Of a DNA stretch of 51,401 nucleotides, positions 1-8,731 are shown piece after piece. Position 1 is the first letter of the stretch, and each line of letters starts with the position of its first letter. The notes under the pieces are model-generated. The model saw only the letters and a list, made by a program, of their open reading frames with translations. It made no database searches and was not told where the DNA came from. The stretch comes from Verrucomicrobiota bacterium. Lineage in GTDB: Bacteria; Verrucomicrobiota; Verrucomicrobiia; Verrucomicrobiales; DEV007. The stretch spans positions 1 to 51,401 of the forward strand of contig JASFYY010000058.1 of NCBI GenBank assembly GCA_045046875.1, written 5' to 3'. A program made the translations under genes and the position numbers.

Positions 1-973
1 TCACATACACCGCAGGATGATCATCATTCTGACGAAAATCAGGCTTGGGCCAATTTCGATCCCTCTCCTTCTTAATAAAAGCCTCATAATCCTTCACCCG
101 CGTTTCCCATACACTAAATAATATATTCCGCCCATCACTCGCTCCACCCACTATCGGCACAGGAACAAAACGCATACCCAAACTGTTCTCAAATGGTTTG
201 TCCTTATTTGCCGAAGCGATCGGCGCTGCTGCTGCCACGCTACCTGCTCGCGGCGACGTTTTTTGGGGCATGACACTTTTCTCAGGAGACTTCGTCCGAA
301 CTGCAGCAAGTGAAGAAAAAATGCCCAAATCATCCAGAGCCTGTTTGCGATTCATCAGCATGGCCACCACCTTCTCTTCCTCTTTTTTTGCCACAATGGC
401 CTCTTCAATTTTATCAGCGACCGTCAATGCCTTTTGAATATTCTTCAAATCGATCTGATACTGGCCTAAAGCAATTTTGAGATCATCAACAATCTGATTA
501 CGACGTTTCATCTTTTCTTCATCGTAAATCACCCGCAATTTTTTCAGTTTATCAAACTTCAACTCCGGCACTTCTCCCGTCCTGAACCTTTTAGCCTCCT
601 CACGAATTTCTAAAACCTGATCCAACAATCCTTGTTGCTGCGCCGATTTCTCCAAAGTTTTCAGATGCATTGAATAAGTCACATCAAGATCAAAAAGGAT
701 TTTTCTGTAGCTTTTGATCCGACCTTCAAAATCCCACTTAGCGGTTTTTAAAGTTGGGTTCAGCTTCAAACTCAAACGAACCGCTTTGGACAATTCCTTG
801 AGCATAACCTTCGCTACGCCCCCGCTGTGTTTTAAGACCACCGTGCCTTCGTTTATTGATTGCACCTCGGCATTCTCATAAACTACTCCACTACCTGTTT
901 TCACCGTAACGCCGGCATAAGTCAGCGAAACCCAAAAAAAGCCTGACAAACTGGCAATAATAATCTTTTTCAT
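1..973 (-). CDS. Partial (runs off left edge) secreted protein: shared N-terminal module + FGE-sulfatase (SUMF1/C-type lectin fold) domain; paralogue of 4335..5855
   Basis: Not in the ORF track. Manual translation from ATG at 973 gives MKKIIIASLSGFFWVSLTYAGVTVKTGSGVVYENAEVQSINEGTVVLKHSGGVAKV...KDKPFENSLGMRFVPVPIVGG...FSVWETRVKDY...DDHPAVYV, in frame to the window edge. AGGAGG lies upstream. Closely similar to the 4335..5855 protein. Confidence 0.9.
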   Translation of the reverse strand, partial: MKKIIIASLSGFFWVSLTYAGVTVKTGSGVVYENAEVQSINEGTVVLKHSGGVAKVMLKELSKAVRLSLKLNPTLKTAKWDFEGRIKSYRKILFDLDVTYSMHLKTLEKSAQQQGLLDQVLEIREEAKRFRTGEVPELKFDKLKKLRVIYDEEKMKRRNQIVDDLKIALGQYQIDLKNIQKALTVADKIEEAIVAKKEEEKVVAMLMNRKQALDDLGIFSSLAAVRTKSPEKSVMPQKTSPRAGSVAAAAPIASANKDKPFENSLGMRFVPVPIVGGASDGRNILFSVWETRVKDYEAFIKKERDRNWPKPDFRQNDDHPAVYV

Positions 974-1053
974 ACACACATCCCCTCCTAAGCCTTAATT
1001 CCTTACCATCTTAAAAGTAATCACACCAGCTACAAATTCATCTGAACTAAGAG

Positions 1054-2604
1054 TCAGAGTTGATCAGCCAAAGCCTTGACCAGGTTTTTTTTATTCACCA
1101 CCACAATAGCCGGCCCGCCCTTGACGGTAGGGGCAAGAGGATATCGCCTTATGAGCTTACCGTTAATATCCAAGCGCAGAATTTCCCCTTGCGACATAAT
1201 AAAATAATTTTTCAGCGCCGCCACATAACGAATATCATTTGCCGCTGACAATCCGACTTCTTTTAAGTCAAAAAATGCGTTCACCATATCCCCTGTTTTC
1301 TGGGATATTTCCGGTATGATTGAACTTTCGGTATTACTAACAAAAAAATTCCCGTTATGCCCCACCGCAATCCCTGTCGATCTTTTCAAAGAAGGCTCAA
1401 TCCCCCTCATCACCCAAGTTGATTTTGCGCTGGAATTCCTCAATTTCATTTGAGCTATCCTGCCACCAAACACTTCGACGGCATAAACCTCATCTTCCAC
1501 AACATCCAGGCCTATCACATTGCCCATACCGTCAGCACCTATCATTCCCATCGGTTTACCCGCCTTCAAAGAAAAACGATAGACTATTCCAGCGGCATCA
1601 GCTGCTATGAATAACTCCTCCTTTTCGTTAATCCTCAGTTTACCAGCACCAAATTCACCCACTCTACCGCTCTGATCTTTCACATCAAACCCTCCCTCGT
1701 CTTTAGGGGTCAACGCAATCACATTCATCCCCCCATATCTCAGCCCCAGATAAATCACTCCAGATTTTCCAACAGCTATTCCACGCGGGCCGCTTTTCTC
1801 CTTAAATTCATGTAGAATCTTAACTTCCCCTGATTCCAAGTTAACTGAAGCTACCGCATCTGAGGCCATCGACGCGACCAAGACATAATATTCATCATCA
1901 CTCTCCTGATCCGTCTCAATCTGCTGTTTAGCTTTTTCAGGTGAACCCAGCAATGCCAACAAAGCTTCTTGATCTGTTAACACCTCACCTATACGTGCCC
2001 TCTCTTCGCGCACCTTGATAGCCTGTTCCAGATCGCCTTTTTTTGTTAGCGACACCTCAAGCTCACTGATACTTTTCTGATAAGCTGATAATTTTGATTT
2101 CAACAAAACCGCTTCCTTATTCCGTCGTTTCACTAACTGATCCTCATAAACTTGTCGTTTCCCTTTTAAATCTGAAAACGTTTTGTAATCGACCTCCCCA
2201 TGCTCAGTGAATTGCTTGAGTTCCTCACGCAACACTAATACTCTTTCAAGATTCCCCGAACGCCGGGCTTCATCTTCCAATCCCTGTAGATATTTACGAT
2301 ACTGATCATCCAATTTTTCAAGAGAAGATCTGGCATCACTTAGAATTTTTACAAAATCTAATTTCAACAAAGTTAAGTTCCGAGGGATCCTCAAAGCCAA
2401 TTGTGCCGAACGGGACAAATCCGACAAAGCTATTCTAGCTATGCCTGCATCGTGTTTAACCACTACGACATCCCCCTCCACTTCACTTAATTGCGCACCT
2501 TTATACGTTTCGCCATTTATTGTAGTAACGGTTACCGGCTCTTGTGCCGGCAATAACACTGCAATCCACAACCAGAAGAACGAGGCTATCCATTTTATTT
2601 TCAT
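1054..2604 (-). CDS. Secreted protein: shared N-terminal module + predicted beta-propeller (NHL/Vgb-like) C-terminal domain
   Basis: Signal peptide; VTVTTINGETYKGAQL..VVVKHDAGIARIALSDLS module; helical region GNLERVLVLREE/GDLEQAIKVREE; C-terminal repeats GPRGIAVGKSGVIY, STGIAVGHNGNFFVS typical of propeller blades. Confidence 0.8.
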   Translation of the reverse strand: MKIKWIASFFWLWIAVLLPAQEPVTVTTINGETYKGAQLSEVEGDVVVVKHDAGIARIALSDLSRSAQLALRIPRNLTLLKLDFVKILSDARSSLEKLDDQYRKYLQGLEDEARRSGNLERVLVLREELKQFTEHGEVDYKTFSDLKGKRQVYEDQLVKRRNKEAVLLKSKLSAYQKSISELEVSLTKKGDLEQAIKVREERARIGEVLTDQEALLALLGSPEKAKQQIETDQESDDEYYVLVASMASDAVASVNLESGEVKILHEFKEKSGPRGIAVGKSGVIYLGLRYGGMNVIALTPKDEGGFDVKDQSGRVGEFGAGKLRINEKEELFIAADAAGIVYRFSLKAGKPMGMIGADGMGNVIGLDVVEDEVYAVEVFGGRIAQMKLRNSSAKSTWVMRGIEPSLKRSTGIAVGHNGNFFVSNTESSIIPEISQKTGDMVNAFFDLKEVGLSAANDIRYVAALKNYFIMSQGEILRLDINGKLIRRYPLAPTVKGGPAIVVVNKKNLVKALADQL

Positions 2605-2631
2605 AACATCAAGGCAAACGTTTTTACGTAA

Positions 2632-4245
2632 CTATTTCTGCAATCCATAAATAGCAAACTGCCCTTCTTTTGCAGAAATCTTCAAATTCAACAACTTCCC
2701 CAAACGTCCCATCTCTCCATGAAGCGGAGCCGATTCCGGCGAACCTCCCCACGTTCTCCAATTCCCACTTTTTGATTGCAGCGCATAGCCCCAATAATCC
2801 AATCGAATAGTTCTCCCCTCCCTTTGTCCCTGAGGGACATTTTCAGTAGTATCACGACCCTCCATGAAAGAACCCGCCTTGAGAATACCTATACCAGTAA
2901 GCACCATATAGTCACTCTTGCCTGCTTCAAATCGAGCAATGTCATCATGCTGTCCCACCATCTCCGCCTCGCCACCTGCACGCCAGCACCACACGTTTCC
3001 TTTTTGATCCACTACCCACGCTATATTTTCTGACGCAGCAACAAACTTCGCGCCCTCAAATTGTTCTTGCAAAGCCTCTCTGCTTTTTGGATCCTTGTAC
3101 ATACTACCCCACAAGCTCAGCTTCCCCGAGCTCAACAAGGCTATTCCACTGCCACGCCCCAAACCGAATTGTTTTACATATTTCAAATCTTCTGGCGGAC
3201 TGTCATTTGGAGAATACGTCTCCCCTATCACGCTCACCGCGCCATCCAAATGGAAAACCGTCACGACACCTGCCCCTACCCGGAGCCACGAAACATTCTC
3301 CAAATCATCTTTCTGCAAAATTTTGTCACCTCTCGAGTAAAGCAAACTGCCATCTTTTTTGAGCGCCGCCCAAGACTCCCAATTTCCTTGCATATCAATG
3401 ACCTTACCGCTCTGCTTTTTACTGGGTATTGGAATGTTTGGCGAATCACCAATGCTCAAAACAATCATCGTGGCAGCCTTTCTCTTCGACATATCACCTT
3501 CAGGACCATAATAAGTCGCCCTGGGATCAGGCTCCGCCGCCCCCTCCTTAGCCTCCTGAGATGCAAACAGGCCCAGACCATCCAGTGCTTCTTTACGATC
3601 AGCTAACAAGACAATGACCTGCTCTTCCTTTTGTTTAGCTAAAATTGCTTCATCTACTTTTCCCGCAATGGTCAGCGACTTTTGCACAAATCGCAGATCT
3701 TTTTGCTGCTGCCTTAGGACAAGTTCCAAATCATCCGCGATGCTATTTTTGCGTTTGTTTTTCTCTTTATCATAAATCGCTCGTAACTTTATCAGTTTGT
3801 CATATTTCAAATCCAAACGAGCACCGCTGCGAAAACTCTCTATTTCCTTCCTAACTTCTAACACATGATCTAAAACACCTTCGATTTTTGAAGACTTCTC
3901 AAGTTTTTCCAAATGGCTGGCATAGGTATCATCCAAAGCTTCTATTCTTTTTCTGAACCCCTTGATGCTAGCATCAAAATCCCATTGAGCCATTTCCATA
4001 GTGGGCTCCAATTTCAATGCTTGCCTTGTCGCCCTGGACAAATCTGCTAAAGAAATCCTTGCCAAACCTCCTGCATGCCCCAATGACACCTGCCCTGCTT
4101 CCACTTTCTTGACCTCGGCATTTTTGTATTCCCTGCCACTCTCCGTCTTGATTGTGATCCCCGCAAACAGGTTACAAGACCAAATGAAAACAAAACCAAA
4201 AGCAACGATAAATAAAAAACGGGCTTTCAAGATAGAGACATTCAT
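2632..4245 (-). CDS. Secreted protein: shared N-terminal module + RCC1/BLIP-II-like repeat C-terminal domain
   Basis: Signal peptide; ITIKTESGREYKNAEVKKVEAGQVSLGHAGGLARISLADLS; GVLDHVLEVRKE/GKVDEAILAKQKE; C-terminal repeats AALKKDGSL, GIALLSSGKLSLWG, WVVDQKGNVWCW resemble RCC1 blades. Confidence 0.8.
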   Translation of the reverse strand: MNVSILKARFLFIVAFGFVFIWSCNLFAGITIKTESGREYKNAEVKKVEAGQVSLGHAGGLARISLADLSRATRQALKLEPTMEMAQWDFDASIKGFRKRIEALDDTYASHLEKLEKSSKIEGVLDHVLEVRKEIESFRSGARLDLKYDKLIKLRAIYDKEKNKRKNSIADDLELVLRQQQKDLRFVQKSLTIAGKVDEAILAKQKEEQVIVLLADRKEALDGLGLFASQEAKEGAAEPDPRATYYGPEGDMSKRKAATMIVLSIGDSPNIPIPSKKQSGKVIDMQGNWESWAALKKDGSLLYSRGDKILQKDDLENVSWLRVGAGVVTVFHLDGAVSVIGETYSPNDSPPEDLKYVKQFGLGRGSGIALLSSGKLSLWGSMYKDPKSREALQEQFEGAKFVAASENIAWVVDQKGNVWCWRAGGEAEMVGQHDDIARFEAGKSDYMVLTGIGILKAGSFMEGRDTTENVPQGQREGRTIRLDYWGYALQSKSGNWRTWGGSPESAPLHGEMGRLGKLLNLKISAKEGQFAIYGLQK

Positions 4246-4334
4246 TTGTTAGCAATCTAAGAGAAACTCACTTTCTGAGCAAGAGTCTATTTCACCCTGC
4301 TGTATAAAGTTCAACCATATCCCCATAAGCAAAC

Positions 4335-5855
4335 CTACTCCAACTCAAGCACGACTCTAAATCCGATGCTGCGAAAATTCTTATCTGGCGCCTGTGTCGC
4401 TCTATACGAAGAGAGCAGCGCATTAGGAAAATTACCCGCCCCCATCCAACACATACCTCGCACGACGCGCCTTTCTTTATTACTAGGATCAAACCACTCC
4501 TGACACCACTCCCATCCATTTCCGCTCATATCATACAAACCTAAAAAGTTTGGTTCAAAACTACCTACTGGAGCCGTACGGGAGAAATCATCCTCATACC
4601 CATCCAATTTAGGCCCCGGACTTGCCGGTATTGGATCCTTAACACTTTCTTCTCCATAAAAATTTCCAACTCCTTTTGGCGGAGGCCACTCTTTTCCCCA
4701 AGGGTAAATCCCTTTGACCTTTTGATGTTTAGTAGAGGGCAAAGCATCTGCGTCCTCCTCTTTTCCAATACCTACCGCACAACTCCATTCGTGGTCAGTG
4801 GGCAATCGATAAGTGTCATTCTCTCCTATTTTTTTCTCTTTACGCTCCTTTTCAGTCAACCACTCACAAAAAGCCCCTGCCTCAAGCCAACTCACATTCA
4901 CTGCAGGGTGATCCTCCTCTTGATCAAAACCGGGATAGGGCCAATCAATATCACGGTTCTTCTTGATGAATTGGCGATAATCCCTACGCCGCGTTTCCCA
5001 TATACTGAACAGTATTTTTTTACTATCGCTCGGCCCTCCCACAATCGACACTGGCACAAAGCGCATGCCTAGACTATTCTCAAAAGGTTTGTCCTTGCTC
5101 GCCGAATCAAGCGACGCTGATACCGCTGCACTGCCGAGGCTTGAAGCCGTAGAAGTTTTTTCTGAACTCGCCACTTTTTCTTTGATCTCGCCTGAAAAAA
5201 TACCCAGATCCTCCAGAGCCTGTTTACGATTCATCAGCATCGCCACTACTCGTTCCTCTTCTTTTTTTGCCACGATTGCCTCATCCACCTTATCCTCCAT
5301 CGTTAGAGCCTTTTGAACCCCCTTCAAATCGATCTGATACTGACCTAAGGCCAGCCTCAGATCATCGACGATCCGATTACGACGCTTCCTCCGCTCCCCG
5401 TCATAAATTGCCCTCATTTTTTTCAGCTTATCGTATTTGTATTCCGTTTGCGCCCCCATACGGAACGTTTTTAATTCCTTGCGCACCTCCAACACCTGAT
5501 CCAGCAGACCTCCGGCTTGCGCCTTTTTTTCCAGATTCCCCAGATGCCCGGCATAACTCACATCAAGATCAAAAAGTAATTTTTTGAAAATCTTGAGCTG
5601 CTGATTAAAATCTCCTTTTGCCGTCTCCAAAGTAGCCTTCACACCGAGCGCTCGACGTGCCTCTTTCGACAATTCCCGCAAAGGAACCTTGGCCACCCCC
5701 CCGCTGTGTTTCAACATCACGGCATCCTTCTCTACCGAAGTCACTTCAGCATTTTCATACACCACCCCACTGTTCGTCTTCACCGTAACCGCCGCAAAAA
5801 CGGTTGTCGCCAAAAACGCTACCAAAAAAATAACACCCGCACTGAGTTTTTTCAT
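4335..5855 (-). CDS. Secreted protein: shared N-terminal module + FGE-sulfatase (SUMF1/EgtB/PvdO, C-type lectin fold) domain
   Basis: ATG at 5855 (MKKLSAGV, signal peptide) preferred over the ORF-track start 5867. FENSLGMRFVPV, HPAVNVSW, YRLPTDHEW, PVGSFEPN.LGLYDMSGN.WEWC, RVVRG..W, IGFRVV are SUMF1-domain motifs. Confidence 0.9.
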   Translation of the reverse strand: MKKLSAGVIFLVAFLATTVFAAVTVKTNSGVVYENAEVTSVEKDAVMLKHSGGVAKVPLRELSKEARRALGVKATLETAKGDFNQQLKIFKKLLFDLDVSYAGHLGNLEKKAQAGGLLDQVLEVRKELKTFRMGAQTEYKYDKLKKMRAIYDGERRKRRNRIVDDLRLALGQYQIDLKGVQKALTMEDKVDEAIVAKKEEERVVAMLMNRKQALEDLGIFSGEIKEKVASSEKTSTASSLGSAAVSASLDSASKDKPFENSLGMRFVPVSIVGGPSDSKKILFSIWETRRRDYRQFIKKNRDIDWPYPGFDQEEDHPAVNVSWLEAGAFCEWLTEKERKEKKIGENDTYRLPTDHEWSCAVGIGKEEDADALPSTKHQKVKGIYPWGKEWPPPKGVGNFYGEESVKDPIPASPGPKLDGYEDDFSRTAPVGSFEPNFLGLYDMSGNGWEWCQEWFDPSNKERRVVRGMCWMGAGNFPNALLSSYRATQAPDKNFRSIGFRVVLELE

Positions 5856-5862
5856 AATCAAG

Positions 5863-6004
5863 ATCACACTACGCTATAATTTTTTTACAACCACTGATTT
5901 CACTGAAGAGGAAGTAAATTTGAAATAAAAAAGTAATATGATTCAGTGCTTATCAGTGTTCATCAGTGGTTTAATTCCTGATTCAAAAAATGTCGTGTAG
6001 TGTG
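5863..6004. mobile_element. MITE-like 142-bp element with imperfect terminal inverted repeats, flanked by a 7-bp direct repeat
   Basis: CACACTAC (5865-5872) and GTAGTGTG (5997-6004) are inverted and extend imperfectly into T/A tracts. AATCAAG occurs at 5856-5862 and 6005-6011. Internal inverted arms AACCACTGATTTCACTGA (5889-5906) and ATTCAGTGCTTATCAGTGTTCATCAGTGGTT (5941-5971). Confidence 0.55.
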
Positions 6005-6095
6005 AATCAAGGAATGCGTCAACATCACGCTAGCAGGACGATCCAAGCTCAGCCAGCTTCTACCATCTTTGGTCTTATTCGTGTCCACCTTAACT

Positions 6096-6120
6096 CGCCA
6101 TAGCTTATTAGCGACGGCGG
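6096..6120. repeat. Short REP-like imperfect hairpin downstream of the SDR gene
   Basis: CGCC-ATA-GCT-TATT-AGC-GAC-GGCG; sits between ATTCGTGTCCA (6077-6087) and TTGCGGTT (6121-6128), the two parts of a triad-type repeat arm. Confidence 0.4.
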
Positions 6121-6139
6121 TTGCGGTTCTCTTCCTCCC

Positions 6140-6910
6140 TCACAAAGCCCGGGCATACGCCCCTCCATCCACCAAAATCGTCGTCCCAGTGGTATAAGAG
6201 CCCGCCTCACTCGCCAAAAACAAAGCGGGGCCCGCCAGTTCCCTTGGTGTGCCCCAACGATCCAGTGCCGTCATATTGGAAAACTCTTTCTTCTCGGCAT
6301 CATTCAGCAAACTCATCGGCAAATCAGTGAGAATCGGACCGGGTGCTATACAGTTCACCGTGATGTTATGCGGCCCGAGATCCAAAGCACTCGCTTTAGC
6401 CATCCCGATCAAACCCGCCTTGGTCGCGGAATAAACATTCCGCGCCGGTTTTGATCCCAGGCCCAATACCGATGAAATATGAATCACCCGTCCCCACTTA
6501 CGCTCAATCATGCCCGGAACCACCGCGCGGGTAAGACGCATGCAAGAAGTCAAATTCAACTCCACAATCCGGTCCCAGTCTTCATCAACGATCTGATCGA
6601 TCGGCTGCGGCGTATTCGATCCGGCATTATTGACCACGATATCCACCTTGCCCAGACGCGAAATCGTTTCCGCCGCCAATTGGTCACTTGCCTCACGATC
6701 CCCCATATCCGTCACCATCCATTCCACCTTCACATCAAGACCGTCCCCCACTTCAGCCGCCGCGGCCTTGAGTTCATCTGCCGAGCGGCTGGCGATCATC
6801 ACGTCAGCGCCCGCCTCAGCGAAGCCCCGTGCCATCGCCTTGCCCAAGCCTTTGCTACCGCCCGTGACCAATGCCACGCGCCCGTCCAAATTAAAAAGAT
6901 CACAACTCAT
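6140..6910 (-). CDS. Short-chain dehydrogenase/reductase (gluconate 5-dehydrogenase/KduD-like)
   Basis: TGGSKGLG nucleotide-binding motif, NNAG, YSATK catalytic YxxxK, terminal VDGG. Confidence 0.92.
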   Translation of the reverse strand: MSCDLFNLDGRVALVTGGSKGLGKAMARGFAEAGADVMIASRSADELKAAAAEVGDGLDVKVEWMVTDMGDREASDQLAAETISRLGKVDIVVNNAGSNTPQPIDQIVDEDWDRIVELNLTSCMRLTRAVVPGMIERKWGRVIHISSVLGLGSKPARNVYSATKAGLIGMAKASALDLGPHNITVNCIAPGPILTDLPMSLLNDAEKKEFSNMTALDRWGTPRELAGPALFLASEAGSYTTGTTILVDGGAYARAL

Positions 6911-6997
6911 CCCCTTTAAAAACCCCGCCCACCGGCTTTGGCAAGTAAATTAGCAGTTTCACTTGTTTGCTTTTGACTGTATTTAGAGTCTTTCCAA

Positions 6998-8653
6998 ATG
7001 AATAACGCACTGCAACTCGATCCCCGTGACAATATCGCGGTCGCCCTCACTGACCTGGCCATCGGTGACTGCGTCAACCTGAATGACGCTTCGATAAAAA
7101 TCACCGAAGCCGTTCCCGCCAAGCACAAACTGGCGATGCGTGATTTTGCCGTCGATGACATCGCCATACAATATGGCGTGACCGTTGGTAAAATCACCCA
7201 AGCCGTGGCCAAAGGCGGACGCCTGACCCAGGGCAATCTGGTGCATCTCGCCGATCATTTCTCCGCCGATCAACACCGTGCCTCCGGTGAGTCCTGGCCA
7301 GCCCCCGATATTTCTGCCTGGCAAGATCGCAGCTTCGACGGTTTCCACCGCAGCGACGGTTCGGTCGGCACTGCCAATCACTGGCTGGTGGTGCCACTGG
7401 TCTTCTGCGAAAATCGCAATATCGAGGTCATGCGCGAGGCCTTTGATAAAACCCTCGGTTACGCCCGAGCCGACCACTACGAAAACTTCGCCAAAAAACT
7501 CGTCGAGCTGCATCGCTCCGGCGCCAAACGCGAGACCTTGTTGTCGACTGAAATGGACTCATCATCCACAACTCAAGCTGCCCCTGTTTTTCCCAACATC
7601 GACGGCGTACAGTTTCTCACTCACGGGCTTGGTTGCGGCGGTACCCGCAACGATGCACAAACCCTCTGCGGCCTGCTCGCCGGTTACATCACCCACCCCA
7701 ATGTCGCCGGAGCCACGGTGCTCAGTCTCGGATGCCAACATGCCCAGGTGCAAACCCTGCAAGAGGAACTCGACAAACGCGCTGCACAACTAGACAAACC
7801 CCTGCTCATTTTCGAACAACAGCAATGGCCCTCAGAACAAGCCATGCTCAGCGCCGCGATGCGCGAAACTTTTGCCGGATTGGTCGAAGCTAATCAAATC
7901 GAACGCCAACCCGCTCCGCTGTCAAAACTCACCCTCGGTGTCGAGTGTGGAGGATCGGACGGTTTTTCCGGCATCTCAGCCAATCCGTTGATCGGTCAAG
8001 TCTCCGATCTGCTGGTCGCACTCGGCGGCAGCTCCATTCTCTCCGAATTCCCCGAGCTCTGCGGAGTTGAGCAAAATCTGCTCGACCGCTGCGTCGATGA
8101 AAAAACCGCCCAGCGTTTTGCCCATCTGATGTCTGCTTACGCCAGCCGTGCCGCAGCCGATGGCGCGGGATTTGACCAAAACCCCTCTCCCGGCAACATC
8201 CGAGACGGCCTCACCACCGATGCGATCAAATCCGCCGGAGCGGCAAAAAAGGGCGGCACCTCTCCAGTCGTCGATGTGCTCGACTATCCAGAGAAGGTAA
8301 GCCAATCAGGTCTCAACCTGCTCTGCACTCCCGGCAGTGATGTCGAGTCCACCACCGCCATGGCTGGCGCCCACGCCAATATGATAGTATTCTCCACCGG
8401 TCTCGGCACCCCCACCGGCAATCCGATTTGTCCGGTGCTCAAAATCGCCACCAACTCCTCTCTTGCTCAGCGCATGCCTGACATCATCGACCTCGATGCC
8501 GGCCCCATCATCAGTGGTGAGACAAACATCGAAAAGCTTGCCGAGCAATTGCTCAACCTCATCATCGAAGTCGCTTCGGGCCGTGCGCAGAGCAAAGCCC
8601 AACAGCTCGGCCAAAAGGATTTCCTGCCGTGGAAACGTGACGTCTCTCTGTAG
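6998..8653 (+). CDS. uxaA: UxaA/GarD-family (altronate dehydratase-like) sugar-acid dehydratase
   Basis: N-terminal SAF domain (DNIAVAL, HKLA, QYGVTVG), HGLGCGG, LGCQ, ECGGSDGFSG, NPSPGN..DGL, FSTGLGTPTG. Exact substrate not certain. Confidence 0.88.
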   Translation: MNNALQLDPRDNIAVALTDLAIGDCVNLNDASIKITEAVPAKHKLAMRDFAVDDIAIQYGVTVGKITQAVAKGGRLTQGNLVHLADHFSADQHRASGESWPAPDISAWQDRSFDGFHRSDGSVGTANHWLVVPLVFCENRNIEVMREAFDKTLGYARADHYENFAKKLVELHRSGAKRETLLSTEMDSSSTTQAAPVFPNIDGVQFLTHGLGCGGTRNDAQTLCGLLAGYITHPNVAGATVLSLGCQHAQVQTLQEELDKRAAQLDKPLLIFEQQQWPSEQAMLSAAMRETFAGLVEANQIERQPAPLSKLTLGVECGGSDGFSGISANPLIGQVSDLLVALGGSSILSEFPELCGVEQNLLDRCVDEKTAQRFAHLMSAYASRAAADGAGFDQNPSPGNIRDGLTTDAIKSAGAAKKGGTSPVVDVLDYPEKVSQSGLNLLCTPGSDVESTTAMAGAHANMIVFSTGLGTPTGNPICPVLKIATNSSLAQRMPDIIDLDAGPIISGETNIEKLAEQLLNLIIEVASGRAQSKAQQLGQKDFLPWKRDVSL

Positions 8654-8731
8654 ATCGTATTTGAATATCCCGCTATCTCTGCTTATCTCCACTCACAGAA
8701 ACTTTCTTTAAAAAACCAACACCCACCATTT

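Noticed and set aside
4335..5855. Formylglycine-generating enzyme maturing the three sulfatases
   Set aside because: The domain is fused to a secreted stalk and lacks the paired catalytic cysteines (CxxxxC) of true FGE.
1004..6069. Shared TACCATCTT 9-mer upstream of two array genes (1004-1012, 6061-6069)
   Set aside because: Different distances to the start codons and only two occurrences; compatible with chance.
1..6139. Complete diversity-generating retroelement around the FGE-domain genes
   Set aside because: No reverse transcriptase, Avd-like gene or adenine-variant template repeat is visible in the window; it cannot be excluded beyond the left edge.
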